DNA of 64,000 nt from a virus, in the IMG/VR virus record IMGVR_UViG_3300042460_000724, positions 1-64,000 of that record; one strand, 5' to 3'. Below are positions 18,820 through 26,511 of this stretch, piece by piece. The notes beneath the pieces are model-generated. The model saw only the letters and a program-made list of their open reading frames with translations, was not told the origin of the DNA and did no database searches. How positions within the stretch are numbered: the stretch's first letter is position 1; each line of letters starts with the position of its first letter. Made by a program: the position numbers and the translations under genes.

Positions 18820-19053
18820 TCAAATTTTGAGTGCCTCTTTAAAGTTTTCAGAAATGATACCTTCTTTAACTCTAACATACTCACAATAAACTCTACCTTC
18901 ACCTAGGTGAAATTTCTTATCCTCGATTTGTTCTTCAATGTAGGACCAATCAAGATTATCATTTAAAACTTTCATCAATGCTTTTGCCGCATTGCGTGTT
19001 TGATATTTGTAACCTTGACCTAGCATCTCTCGGCGCCAATCATCATTCAACAT
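18820..19053 (-). CDS. Hypothetical protein flanked by promoter repeats
   Basis: ORF with AAGGAG SD; promoters at 18795-18823 and 19083-19111. Confidence 0.7.
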   Translation of the reverse strand: MLNDDWRREMLGQGYKYQTRNAAKALMKVLNDNLDWSYIEEQIEDKKFHLGEGRVYCEYVRVKEGIISENFKEALKI

Positions 19054-19115
19054 ACCAACTCCTTTAGTTAATCTAAGTATCTATTATAGCACCGATTGGA
19101 TTTATTGTCAAATTC

Positions 19116-19190
19116 TGGTCCGGGGTACAGGAATCGAACCTGTATTGACTGCTTAGAAGGCAGCTGTATTATCCATTATACTAACCCCAG
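19116..19190 (-). tRNA. tRNA-Arg(TCT)
   Basis: gctgc-ctTCTaa-gcagt. Confidence 0.93.
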
Positions 19191-19204
19191 CTACTTCAGT
19201 TGAT

Positions 19205-19280
19205 TGGCTCCCCTACGTGGGCTCGAACCACGGACATTTTGATTAACAGTCAAACGCTCTACCGACTGAGCTATAGGAGA
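19205..19280 (-). tRNA. tRNA-Asn(GTT)
   Basis: ctGTTaa. Confidence 0.95.
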
Positions 19281-19287
19281 ATAATTT

Positions 19288-19362
19288 TGGTGCCGACTAT
19301 CGGATTCGAACTGATGACCTATCGCTTACAAGGCGATTGCACTACCACTGTGCTAAGTCGGC
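19288..19362 (-). tRNA. tRNA-Thr(TGT)
   Basis: atcgc-ctTGTaa-gcgat. Confidence 0.95.
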
Positions 19363-19409
19363 ATATTTTATTTAAGTGTATTGTATCATAGGAAAACTTT
19401 TATGTCAAC

Positions 19410-19970
19410 CTATGATAGCAATATTCTACTGTGTTTGGGAACACCTGCTAACAAGTATTCCATTTGGTCTGCAAGAATTGTTCTATGTTGTAGTATCATA
19501 TTTTCGTAGTGATTAGGTATGTACGGTGTGTACAATAATTCCATACGTGACTCTTTCAATGTCTTATGACCTTTACGGCTGTTACAATCTTTACAAGCGG
19601 TAACAACGTTCATCCAAATGTTTTCGCCACCTTTACTCTTTGGATGAATATGGTCACGACTTAACATATGATAGTTAAGGAATTGCTCACCGCAGTATGC
19701 ACATACGTGACGGTCACGACCAAACAATGTTTTATTAGTTAGTGCTACACAAGAATGTTTGTATGGATTGAATCCGTGACCTTTGATAGCGATAATGCTA
19801 TTAGTTTCTAAGTAACTTAATGTACCGTCTTTTTGTATGCCGCCACGATACTTAGCCACAACTTCCCCCATACTCCATGCTATGGCATCTTTTGCTTTAT
19901 AGGTAATTGCGTCATCATTTGAGATCCACTGCCGGGGAACTCCTGAGATATCTAGTGCTAATACCGCCAT
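19410..19970 (-). CDS. HNH endonuclease (McrA-like)
   Basis: RD..CAYCG...DHI.PKS.GG...N.VTACxxCN.RK. Confidence 0.9.
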   Translation of the reverse strand: MAVLALDISGVPRQWISNDDAITYKAKDAIAWSMGEVVAKYRGGIQKDGTLSYLETNSIIAIKGHGFNPYKHSCVALTNKTLFGRDRHVCAYCGEQFLNYHMLSRDHIHPKSKGGENIWMNVVTACKDCNSRKGHKTLKESRMELLYTPYIPNHYENMILQHRTILADQMEYLLAGVPKHSRILLS

Positions 19971-20016
19971 TGTGTACTCCTTTTTGTTATTATCACTAAC
20001 TGTATTTAATGCCTAA

Positions 20017-20091
20017 TGGCGGGTCCTGCAGGAATTGAACCCACATCCCGAAGTTCGAAGCATCGTATTCTATCCATTGAACTAAGGACCC
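20017..20091 (-). tRNA. tRNA-Arg(TCG)
   Basis: ctTCGaa. Confidence 0.88.
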
Positions 20092-20093
20092 AT

Positions 20094-20169
20094 TGGTACC
20101 AAGAGTTGGACTCGAACCAACCACACCTAGTGCTTCAAACTAGTGCTCTACCTGATGAGCTATCTTGGC
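20094..20169 (-). tRNA. tRNA-Phe(GAA)
   Basis: ctagt-ttGAAgc-actag. Confidence 0.9.
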
Positions 20170-20331
20170 TTATAAAAGAGGGAGCCTAACTATCTTATTG
20201 TTAGTAAGCCTTGCTAGATTGTCTCGTATAGTCAAGTTTAACACCGGCTTCAATCATACTGTAGTGTCAACATAGCTCGCCCCACTATGTCTAGATTGGC
20301 AGGGACTCAAAACTATCGTCTATCCCATAAC

Positions 20332-20409
20332 TGGCACCCCCTGATGGATTCGAACCACCGAATGTCGGAATCAAAATCCGAGGCCTTAGACCAACTTGGC
20401 GAAGGGGGT
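20332..20409 (-). tRNA. tRNA-Gln(TTG)
   Basis: tcgga-ttTTGat-tccga. Confidence 0.92.
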
Positions 20410-20526
20410 ATTTTATCTTTAATAAAGACTCTCCTTGTACACATTACATAAATGTGTCCATGCTTCAATTTCTTGTTTATGTTTTTCTACTGATTGATTC
20501 CAATTCATTTCTGTCTCCTTAAAATT

Positions 20527-20603
20527 TGGTAGCCTCACTCTGACTCGAACAGAGGACCTATGCGTTATCAACACATTGCTCTAACCAACTGAGCTATGAG
20601 GCT
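20527..20603 (-). tRNA. tRNA-Ile(GAT)
   Basis: ttGATaa. Confidence 0.95.
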
Positions 20604-20610
20604 AAATGTT

Positions 20611-20685
20611 TGGTGGATGTAAGTAGATTTGAACTACTGACCTATTCCGTATGAAGGAATTGCACTACCGCTGTGCTATACATCC
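20611..20685 (-). tRNA. tRNA-Met(CAT), elongator-like
   Basis: attcc-ttCATac-ggaat. Confidence 0.88.
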
Positions 20686-20686
20686 A

Positions 20687-20763
20687 TGGGGTGCTTGATG
20701 GGATTCGAACCCACGTATATCGGAATCACAATCCGAGGTCTTAACCGCTTGACGACAAGCACC
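20687..20763 (-). tRNA. tRNA-His(GTG)
   Basis: ttGTGat, G-1/C73. Confidence 0.95.
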
Positions 20764-20769
20764 ATATGT

Positions 20770-20859
20770 TGGAGGAAGATAACAGAATCGAACTGTCACC
20801 TATTCATCATAAGTGGGACGGTTTTCAAGACCGTGTCCGCGCCATGCAGCCTATCTTCC
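20770..20859 (-). tRNA. tRNA-Ser(TGA), probable 8/4 fold
   Basis: acggt-ctTGAaa-accgt; acceptor GGAAGATA/TATCTTCC; 4-bp T stem. Confidence 0.85.
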
Positions 20860-21303
20860 ATTTGTTCTATTTTTAGACTTGTATGTGGGAAGTTGTGAAT
20901 CACAGTTACTACACACAAACCTTAAGTTTTCTAAACGATTATCATTATTAACCCCGTTAATATGGTCAAGTATTAACGGCATAGGTTTATCGTGCCATTC
21001 GGGCCCAAGACCACAACAAGCACATTTATATTCTATTAAGTTGTTTGTTCTTATCCTAGCCTTAACACTATGTCGGGCATAAGTGGAATTCTCACAAAAC
21101 ACAACTTCATCGGGATATAACTTATCCCATTTAGGGTGTCTACCTACCTCTTTACCTACATTCCAAGGGGTCGACCCTTTTTGTGCACCGGCTTTGTCCG
21201 AATGTTTATGCTTGATTTTATTAGGGTTACTAATACACACCATTTCGTGCGATGTTAGTGACCCTTTATTATTTATTTCTCTGTTACAATGTTGGCAATT
21301 CAT
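20851..21303 (-). CDS. HNH homing endonuclease
   Basis: CACCG...LDHING..NDNR.ENLR.VCSNC. Confidence 0.9.
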   Translation of the reverse strand: MNCQHCNREINNKGSLTSHEMVCISNPNKIKHKHSDKAGAQKGSTPWNVGKEVGRHPKWDKLYPDEVVFCENSTYARHSVKARIRTNNLIEYKCACCGLGPEWHDKPMPLILDHINGVNNDNRLENLRFVCSNCDSQLPTYKSKNRTNGR

Positions 21304-21367
21304 AATAGTATCCTCACTATTATTTATGCTTTATCGCAGAAAAACAGCAAATAAGTTCAATAAACCC

Positions 21368-21553
21368 TTAGGCTTTTTTGTCTATTTCATAGTTGTGATG
21401 CGTCGGCTCTAACTCACCGTCTCTATTATAAAGATATTGAACAACTTCAACAAGTTGTTTATTAGTTGCCGGATCTTTTACGATAGTGTACACCGTAGTA
21501 CGATATTGATGATTAATCATATCATTTATAGGTGTTGTGCTTTGTACTATCAT
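21368..21553 (-). CDS. Hypothetical protein
   Basis: ORF downstream of ATAAATA. Confidence 0.55.
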   Translation of the reverse strand: MIVQSTTPINDMINHQYRTTVYTIVKDPATNKQLVEVVQYLYNRDGELEPTHHNYEIDKKA

Positions 21554-21566
21554 ATAGTATTTATTA

Positions 21567-21585
21567 TGGTGGAAGCAGAGGGATT
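21567..21585 (-). pseudogene. 3' remnant of a tRNA gene
   Basis: aatccctctgcttccACCA abutting an HNH stop codon. Confidence 0.5.
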
Positions 21586-22163
21586 TACCTACCTAAAAGT
21601 TTTTTTGATCTTGCATAGTTATTACCTTTTGCCGATAAGCCTGCTTTAAGTAATCCTTGCCTAATATTATTAGTTTCAGTTAAACACTGTAATAAAAACT
21701 CATCAGTAACTATATTCACACCATTTTTTGAAGGTTTATTTCTACCTCGCCAAGTATCAGTTATACTATGGCAGTTTGGACACAAACCTTCTAAATTTTC
21801 TCTAACATTGTTAGTAGAGTTGCCGTCTTTATGTTCAAGTTCAAGTGGAATTTTAAAGCCTTGCCATTCACTTATACCACACTTATTACAACAGTAATCT
21901 TGTTCTTCAAACACTCTGCGGCGTCTGTTCTCTATACCTAACTCAACAAACGGGGTAGCATTGTATTTTTCTAACCACCTCTGACGAGACTTAGCGGCTT
22001 GCGCCTCCTTATCATAATGGCTTCGAAAAGCTGGTTTTCCTTTAAGTGCTATGCTCTTTTTGAGTTTAGCTTCATCAGAAAATATTCTACTATTAGCACA
22101 CGACCTAGAACAATATGTTCCTGATTTTTCGTGTTGCTCTCCGCATTTTAGACACTGTTTCAT
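21585..22163 (-). CDS. HNH homing endonuclease
   Basis: CxxC..YCSRSC; LELEHKDG...N.RENL..LCPNCHS. Confidence 0.9.
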   Translation of the reverse strand: MKQCLKCGEQHEKSGTYCSRSCANSRIFSDEAKLKKSIALKGKPAFRSHYDKEAQAAKSRQRWLEKYNATPFVELGIENRRRRVFEEQDYCCNKCGISEWQGFKIPLELEHKDGNSTNNVRENLEGLCPNCHSITDTWRGRNKPSKNGVNIVTDEFLLQCLTETNNIRQGLLKAGLSAKGNNYARSKKLLGR

Positions 22164-22223
22164 ATCGAACCTTTTTTAACTATAAAAGTATTTATCATAG
22201 TTCGATTATTTTGATTGTTTATA

Positions 22224-22297
22224 TGGTAGGCCTGCTCGGGAACGATCCGAGTTTTACTGGTTAAAAGCCAGTTACTTCACCTTAAAGTTTCAAGCCC
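22224..22297 (-). tRNA. tRNA-Lys(TTT), atypical
   Basis: actgg-ctTTTaa-ccagt; A8 and T-loop ATCGTTC. Confidence 0.82.
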
Positions 22298-22307
22298 ATA
22301 TATATTC

Positions 22308-22384
22308 TGGTGCGACCGGAGAGATTCGAACTCCCGACTCCCAAGTTCGTAGCCTGGTACTCTATCCAACTGAGTTACGGTCGC
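22308..22384 (-). tRNA. tRNA-Arg(ACG)
   Basis: ctACGaa. Confidence 0.95.
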
Positions 22385-22458
22385 ATTCTAAAATATACTA
22401 TGGCTTAACCCGTCAGAAGGGTCAGGGTACTGTTTATCCATAGTATATTTTAGAATGC
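22383..22458. repeat. 21-bp perfect inverted repeat with 34-nt loop
   Basis: gcattctaaaatatactatgg / ccatagtatattttagaatgc. Confidence 0.9.
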
Positions 22459-22754
22459 CGTGTATCTCTACACGACATGATAGGGTTGATACCCTATCCA
22501 GTAGTCTTACTCTTTGTGTTATCGCCACAAATTTTATGTGTACTGTCCGCCCATTTTATACATTTTGCGTTGTATTACGGTTCTCGTTACCTATTCACGC
22601 TGTTATCAATCAGTGTAAGTTAGTCGGTTGACTTTCTTAACAGCCTCTTGATAGACTCTAGCACGGTCGATCTTATTTTGTATCAACTGTGCCACTTGCT
22701 CATTTGTCAAAACATATTTGCTAAACCAATCATGCTTTGTTTCAGAAGTTTTGT

Positions 22755-22783
22755 ATTGTATCTCTTTATCCATTTATTGTCAA
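22755..22783 (-). promoter_or_regulatory. Sigma70-type promoter of the tRNA array
   Basis: TTGACA-17-TACAAT. Confidence 0.75.
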
Positions 22784-22801
22784 ATTCCTCTCTGTACAAA
22801 C

Positions 22802-22835
22802 AAAAAACCCTGAGAGTCTTGCGATTCCCAGGGTC
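22802..22835 (-). terminator. Intrinsic terminator (candidate attenuator)
   Basis: GACCCTGGGAATC-GCAA-GACTCTCAGGG-TTTTTT. Confidence 0.85.
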
Positions 22836-22863
22836 TTGATAAATTAGTTATGATGTTAACTTC

Positions 22864-23001
22864 TTACCTAGTCCCCGGGCCTCGTTCTTGGTTATCATTT
22901 GAGCCGCGAATACTTGTTGGATATGCTGGTGTAAAGGATACACTGGCTAATGACTGCCATTGTCCCATATGCTTCAGCGTTTTACAAGTTTTATTCATCA
23001 T
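22864..23001 (-). CDS. Candidate leader peptide, 45 aa (MMNKTCKTLKHMGQWQSLASVSFTPAYPTSIRGSNDNQERGPGTR)
   Basis: Hand-translated; CTAAATA and AGGA just upstream; 3' end forms the antiterminator arm. Confidence 0.65.
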   Translation of the reverse strand: MMNKTCKTLKHMGQWQSLASVSFTPAYPTSIRGSNDNQERGPGTR

Positions 23002-23077
23002 AGTCTTTTATTTAGTCCTAGTTGTAAATTAGTACAAATAACAGATGTTTTTTGTACCTTTTCTCAATTCAGACTGA

Positions 23078-23106
23078 AGTATAACACGGTTATTGATTAA
23101 TGTCAA
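23078..23106 (-). promoter_or_regulatory. Sigma70-type promoter upstream of the leader ORF
   Basis: TTGACA-17-TATACT. Confidence 0.75.
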
Positions 23107-23160
23107 CTTTTGATGTGCCCAAATCATTTATGAATGTAGTGTTAGAGATATAAATACAGA

Positions 23161-23463
23161 ATGATCGTAAATTCTACTACTCTCCGAGTAATTACAGCCA
23201 AGACAGATTCCTCTATAGAATTCTACAAAGATGTATCTGTTATGAATTATGTATTAAACGAATACATATTACCCAGCAAACTAGTTGCAGTCACTCGTAA
23301 AGAAGATGATGGCCTTACTGTTATAACCACATTAAATTTTGCATCAATTGAGTATATGCGTGAGTTCCTTTCCGATCCGATAATTAAAGAGTTTGGTAAA
23401 GTAAAACAAGCATATAATCAACAACATAACATAACAACCAAAACTGAGGCAATTAATGACTAG
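23161..23463 (+). CDS. Small alpha/beta protein, paralog 1
   Basis: Shares motif pattern with 26166 and 27101; TATAAATA at 23149. Confidence 0.7.
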   Translation: MIVNSTTLRVITAKTDSSIEFYKDVSVMNYVLNEYILPSKLVAVTRKEDDGLTVITTLNFASIEYMREFLSDPIIKEFGKVKQAYNQQHNITTKTEAIND

Positions 23464-23989
23464 AATAGTAAACGATTTTATATTAGAATTACCAGAAATA
23501 ATAGTAGATGTAGATGCTATATCAGATGATTGGATTAATGCTCATAAACCGAACAAAAGATTTGCTGTTTTAGATAAAATTCCTAGCGATCCTGTACTAA
23601 ATAAATTTGTAAAGTCATTTGATGAATCATTATTTGATGACCGAATTAAATTTATGATCCTTCGCTTTGACTCATATGATGAGTATGGTGCGCACGTAGA
23701 TGCTAGTAGGTATACCGGTATTAATTTGTTGATACGTGGAAATTCTCAATATAGCCCCATCAAATATTATTTAGATGATGATTTAACGAATCCAGTATTT
23801 GAATATCAATACAAAAATTACCCTATACTAATGACAAGTCAACGATATCATAGTATTAAAAATGATCATGAATCTGAAAGAATATTGTTTACCATACATT
23901 TTAAAACAGATTATACATTCCAAGGAATAAGAGATGAATGGTCTTTAGGTAATAAAGACTTGTTTTTTTCTAAAACAGGTTCTAAATAA
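23456..23989 (+). CDS. Cupin/2OG-Fe(II) oxygenase-like protein
   Basis: AHVD..R..GIN...YHSI.N...RI. Confidence 0.65.
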   Translation: MTRIVNDFILELPEIIVDVDAISDDWINAHKPNKRFAVLDKIPSDPVLNKFVKSFDESLFDDRIKFMILRFDSYDEYGAHVDASRYTGINLLIRGNSQYSPIKYYLDDDLTNPVFEYQYKNYPILMTSQRYHSIKNDHESERILFTIHFKTDYTFQGIRDEWSLGNKDLFFSKTGSK

Positions 23990-25656
23990 ATTTCATTTGT
24001 AATTTGTTGCATTTGTTGTCTAAACAAATTATAAATACCACTATTCATAATATGAATTGAGTGTACTGCAATAATATTATGCTGTAAAAAATGATCATAC
24101 ATATCATCAACCAATGAATGATATTTATAAAAATTGTCCAAGAATATATCAACTTTTCTATTCATTACTCCAAAAAAGTAATATTTGTATATATAATTTT
24201 TAACTATACCAGTATACCATTCTTTATTAGACATGCTATATGTAGATGTTATTAAGTTAGCTTCTGTAAAATAAGTTTGCAATATGTCCGGAGTTAACTC
24301 AGTAACCGTACTAGGTATTTGTAAATGTGCTACATAAACTTTTTCCACATTTATTTGATATTTTTTAATATATTCTGGGTCAGATGCCGGACTATTTGGT
24401 AACATCTCATAATAGAAATAATGTGTTTGAAATCCTAATTCAGTGGTCTCTATTAAGTTATAATCATAATGTGACAACGTTTGTCCTGGCAATCCCCAAA
24501 TATAATTAATTTTAGATTTAAAATGTCCTGCTACTTCCGGGAACTCATCAATAAATTCTTTAATCATTATCTTATGTTCTGACCATGGGATTTCGGGTCT
24601 ATCTAATTTAGCAATAACTTCTGGATCTAAATCTTGTACATCAAATTTTAACTTATTCTCTAATCCGGCTCTGATCATTTTTTTATACAATTCATGTGAT
24701 GCATCCTTCTTCACTTTAGACAACTGTAAAATAAAACTCTTAGGGCAAGTTGGATGAGTAGTTTTTAGTTTACACCAATAATCTACAATTTCACTATCTT
24801 GAGGACTTAACCCAACATTAGGATTAGACCATTGTACCATATGAAATTTTAAATCAGCAAACAACTCTAATTCTTGTTGATATGCAGGCCTTTCATTTTC
24901 AGGTAAAATGTCTTTTTTAATTCCCCAAAATCTAACTTTATTATGTAAACCCGAACTCCAATCACAAAATGAACACGCATACGGACAACCTTTTGTTGTT
25001 TCCCATACTCCTATTATAGTAGGATATCGCTTGAACCTATTAAACGAATCAGTTCGGAATTTGTTTATTACTATTTTAATTTCATCCTTATATGTTAAGT
25101 ATGGACTTTTTTTCAATGTTTCTTTATCATTAAAAACTGCATGCGGGTATACAGTCCCGTCACTTGATACAACATTAGTTAACTCTATTTGTTTTCCTGC
25201 TAAATGATCTAACAAATCAGTAAATGCTTTTTCTCCGTCCCCGTATACTACGTAATCATACCATGAATTTTTATTAAAGAATTCAGTGTCTTTGTGTGCA
25301 TCTAATTCAGGCCCGCCTGCAATAATAGTGATATTTGGTAATCTTTTCTTTATTTCTTGGCAAACTATTTTAAAGTAAACTTTATTCCATACATAAACAC
25401 TAACACCAATTATATCCACTTTATCATTTTGTAATCGTATACATAGATCATCCAAAAAGGCTGCATTAATGCCCTCACCTGGTTCAGGACCAATTAATAA
25501 ATCTTCAGGCGGTAACCAATTATATAAGTCTTTGCTTTTACTATTTGTATCAAAATACAATCTTAAAAAATAGTTAACAAAAGAGAAAAATTTTGAGTCT
25601 TGAATATTGGGGAAATAAATTCGGTATTCACTTGTTAGTATCTTTATATTACGCAT
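23911..25656 (-). CDS. B12-binding radical SAM enzyme
   Basis: GVSVYVWN, IAGGP, GDGE and ETTKGCPYACSFCDW. Confidence 0.9.
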   Translation of the reverse strand: MRNIKILTSEYRIYFPNIQDSKFFSFVNYFLRLYFDTNSKSKDLYNWLPPEDLLIGPEPGEGINAAFLDDLCIRLQNDKVDIIGVSVYVWNKVYFKIVCQEIKKRLPNITIIAGGPELDAHKDTEFFNKNSWYDYVVYGDGEKAFTDLLDHLAGKQIELTNVVSSDGTVYPHAVFNDKETLKKSPYLTYKDEIKIVINKFRTDSFNRFKRYPTIIGVWETTKGCPYACSFCDWSSGLHNKVRFWGIKKDILPENERPAYQQELELFADLKFHMVQWSNPNVGLSPQDSEIVDYWCKLKTTHPTCPKSFILQLSKVKKDASHELYKKMIRAGLENKLKFDVQDLDPEVIAKLDRPEIPWSEHKIMIKEFIDEFPEVAGHFKSKINYIWGLPGQTLSHYDYNLIETTELGFQTHYFYYEMLPNSPASDPEYIKKYQINVEKVYVAHLQIPSTVTELTPDILQTYFTEANLITSTYSMSNKEWYTGIVKNYIYKYYFFGVMNRKVDIFLDNFYKYHSLVDDMYDHFLQHNIIAVHSIHIMNSGIYNLFRQQMQQITNEIYLEPVLEKNKSLLPKDHSSLIPWNV

Positions 25657-25683
25657 AAATATATTTATCTAGAAAAGATTTGT

Positions 25684-26169
25684 ATGAAAACATCACAAGA
25701 CATTGTAAAAGCGTTTATTCAGAGCGGGTATAAACACATGGAAAACATACCGAATAATCAGGTGTTTTATACCGATAATTCTTGTAGTACATTAGCCTGG
25801 GTAGAAGATAATATAGTTATTGAATATTACTTATTATTTCCTAATTTAGAAACACCATTACATCATCACCCATTTGATAATCAAATGATATACATAACAG
25901 GTGACTTAACTGCTTATAGACAAGAAGGAGGTAAGCCTGAAACTAGATTTACTGTAAAATTTAAAGATGAGATGAAAAATCATTTAAGCAAAATAATGCC
26001 AATTGGCGGTGAACATGGATTTACAGTAGGTGAGCGAGGGGCTGTTATTTATAATATACAGATTTGGCCAGATTTAGTAAAAAACGCATTAAGTGCGGCT
26101 ATTGAGTATTCCGGTACTTCAATGGGCCCTAAACACAAAAAACTCATTGAGAGTTTTAAATCTACTTAA
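25684..26169 (+). CDS. Cupin-fold protein, paralog of 26512
   Basis: PLHHHP...HG...SAA..Y.G..MGP.H..LI. Confidence 0.7.
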   Translation: MKTSQDIVKAFIQSGYKHMENIPNNQVFYTDNSCSTLAWVEDNIVIEYYLLFPNLETPLHHHPFDNQMIYITGDLTAYRQEGGKPETRFTVKFKDEMKNHLSKIMPIGGEHGFTVGERGAVIYNIQIWPDLVKNALSAAIEYSGTSMGPKHKKLIESFKST

Positions 26170-26483
26170 ACTGTTTCTTCATTGACAACTACACCGGTAA
26201 TTCCATGTGCTGCCCAATAAATATCTCTTACAGAAAATAACCCACTATTTAAAGTAGCATCATTTTTGTAATCTAGGTAACTTTGTTGATCCGCCCATAT
26301 TTGAACTGTTTCTAATTCTAATTGATTTTCTGACAGGTTTACATTTATATGTATGCATTTTCCTGTTTCTTTATATTCTTGTACCCAGTACAAACGTATA
26401 TCATCCGAAACGATCGGATCCGCTATAGTATAAAATGAATCTGCTAAGGTTTGTCTAGTAATTTTTCCAGTCACAATGTACAT
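26166..26483 (-). CDS. Small alpha/beta protein, paralog 2
   Basis: TR....FY...Y..TGK...L...W pattern. Confidence 0.7.
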   Translation of the reverse strand: MYIVTGKITRQTLADSFYTIADPIVSDDIRLYWVQEYKETGKCIHINVNLSENQLELETVQIWADQQSYLDYKNDATLNSGLFSVRDIYWAAHGITGVVVNEETV

Positions 26484-26511
26484 GTGTATATCTCCTAATT
26501 CTATATATTTA

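Noticed and set aside
18203-19190. Suppressor tRNAs (TCA or CTA) or a recoded genome
   Set aside because: The 7-nt loop register gives Glu(TTC) and Arg(TCT), and conserved genes read intact in the standard code.
20770-20859. Selenocysteine tRNA (GGAAGAT start, long arm)
   Set aside because: The anticodon is TGA (Ser), not TCA, and no sel genes are seen.
12339-21412. ORFs overlapping tRNA genes (e.g. 13199, 13829, 16356, 19200, 20686) and N-terminal extensions of 13108, 14221, 15740 and 17208
   Set aside because: Artefacts of reading through GC-rich tRNA/ncRNA sequence. Better starts with an SD or late promoter lie downstream.
21567-21590. tmRNA 3' end
   Set aside because: No tmRNA body or tag ORF; the upstream sequence is an HNH gene.
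22850-23032. Plus-strand 60-aa ORF
   Set aside because: It is antisense to the leader ORF; the promoter and terminator orientation favour the minus strand.
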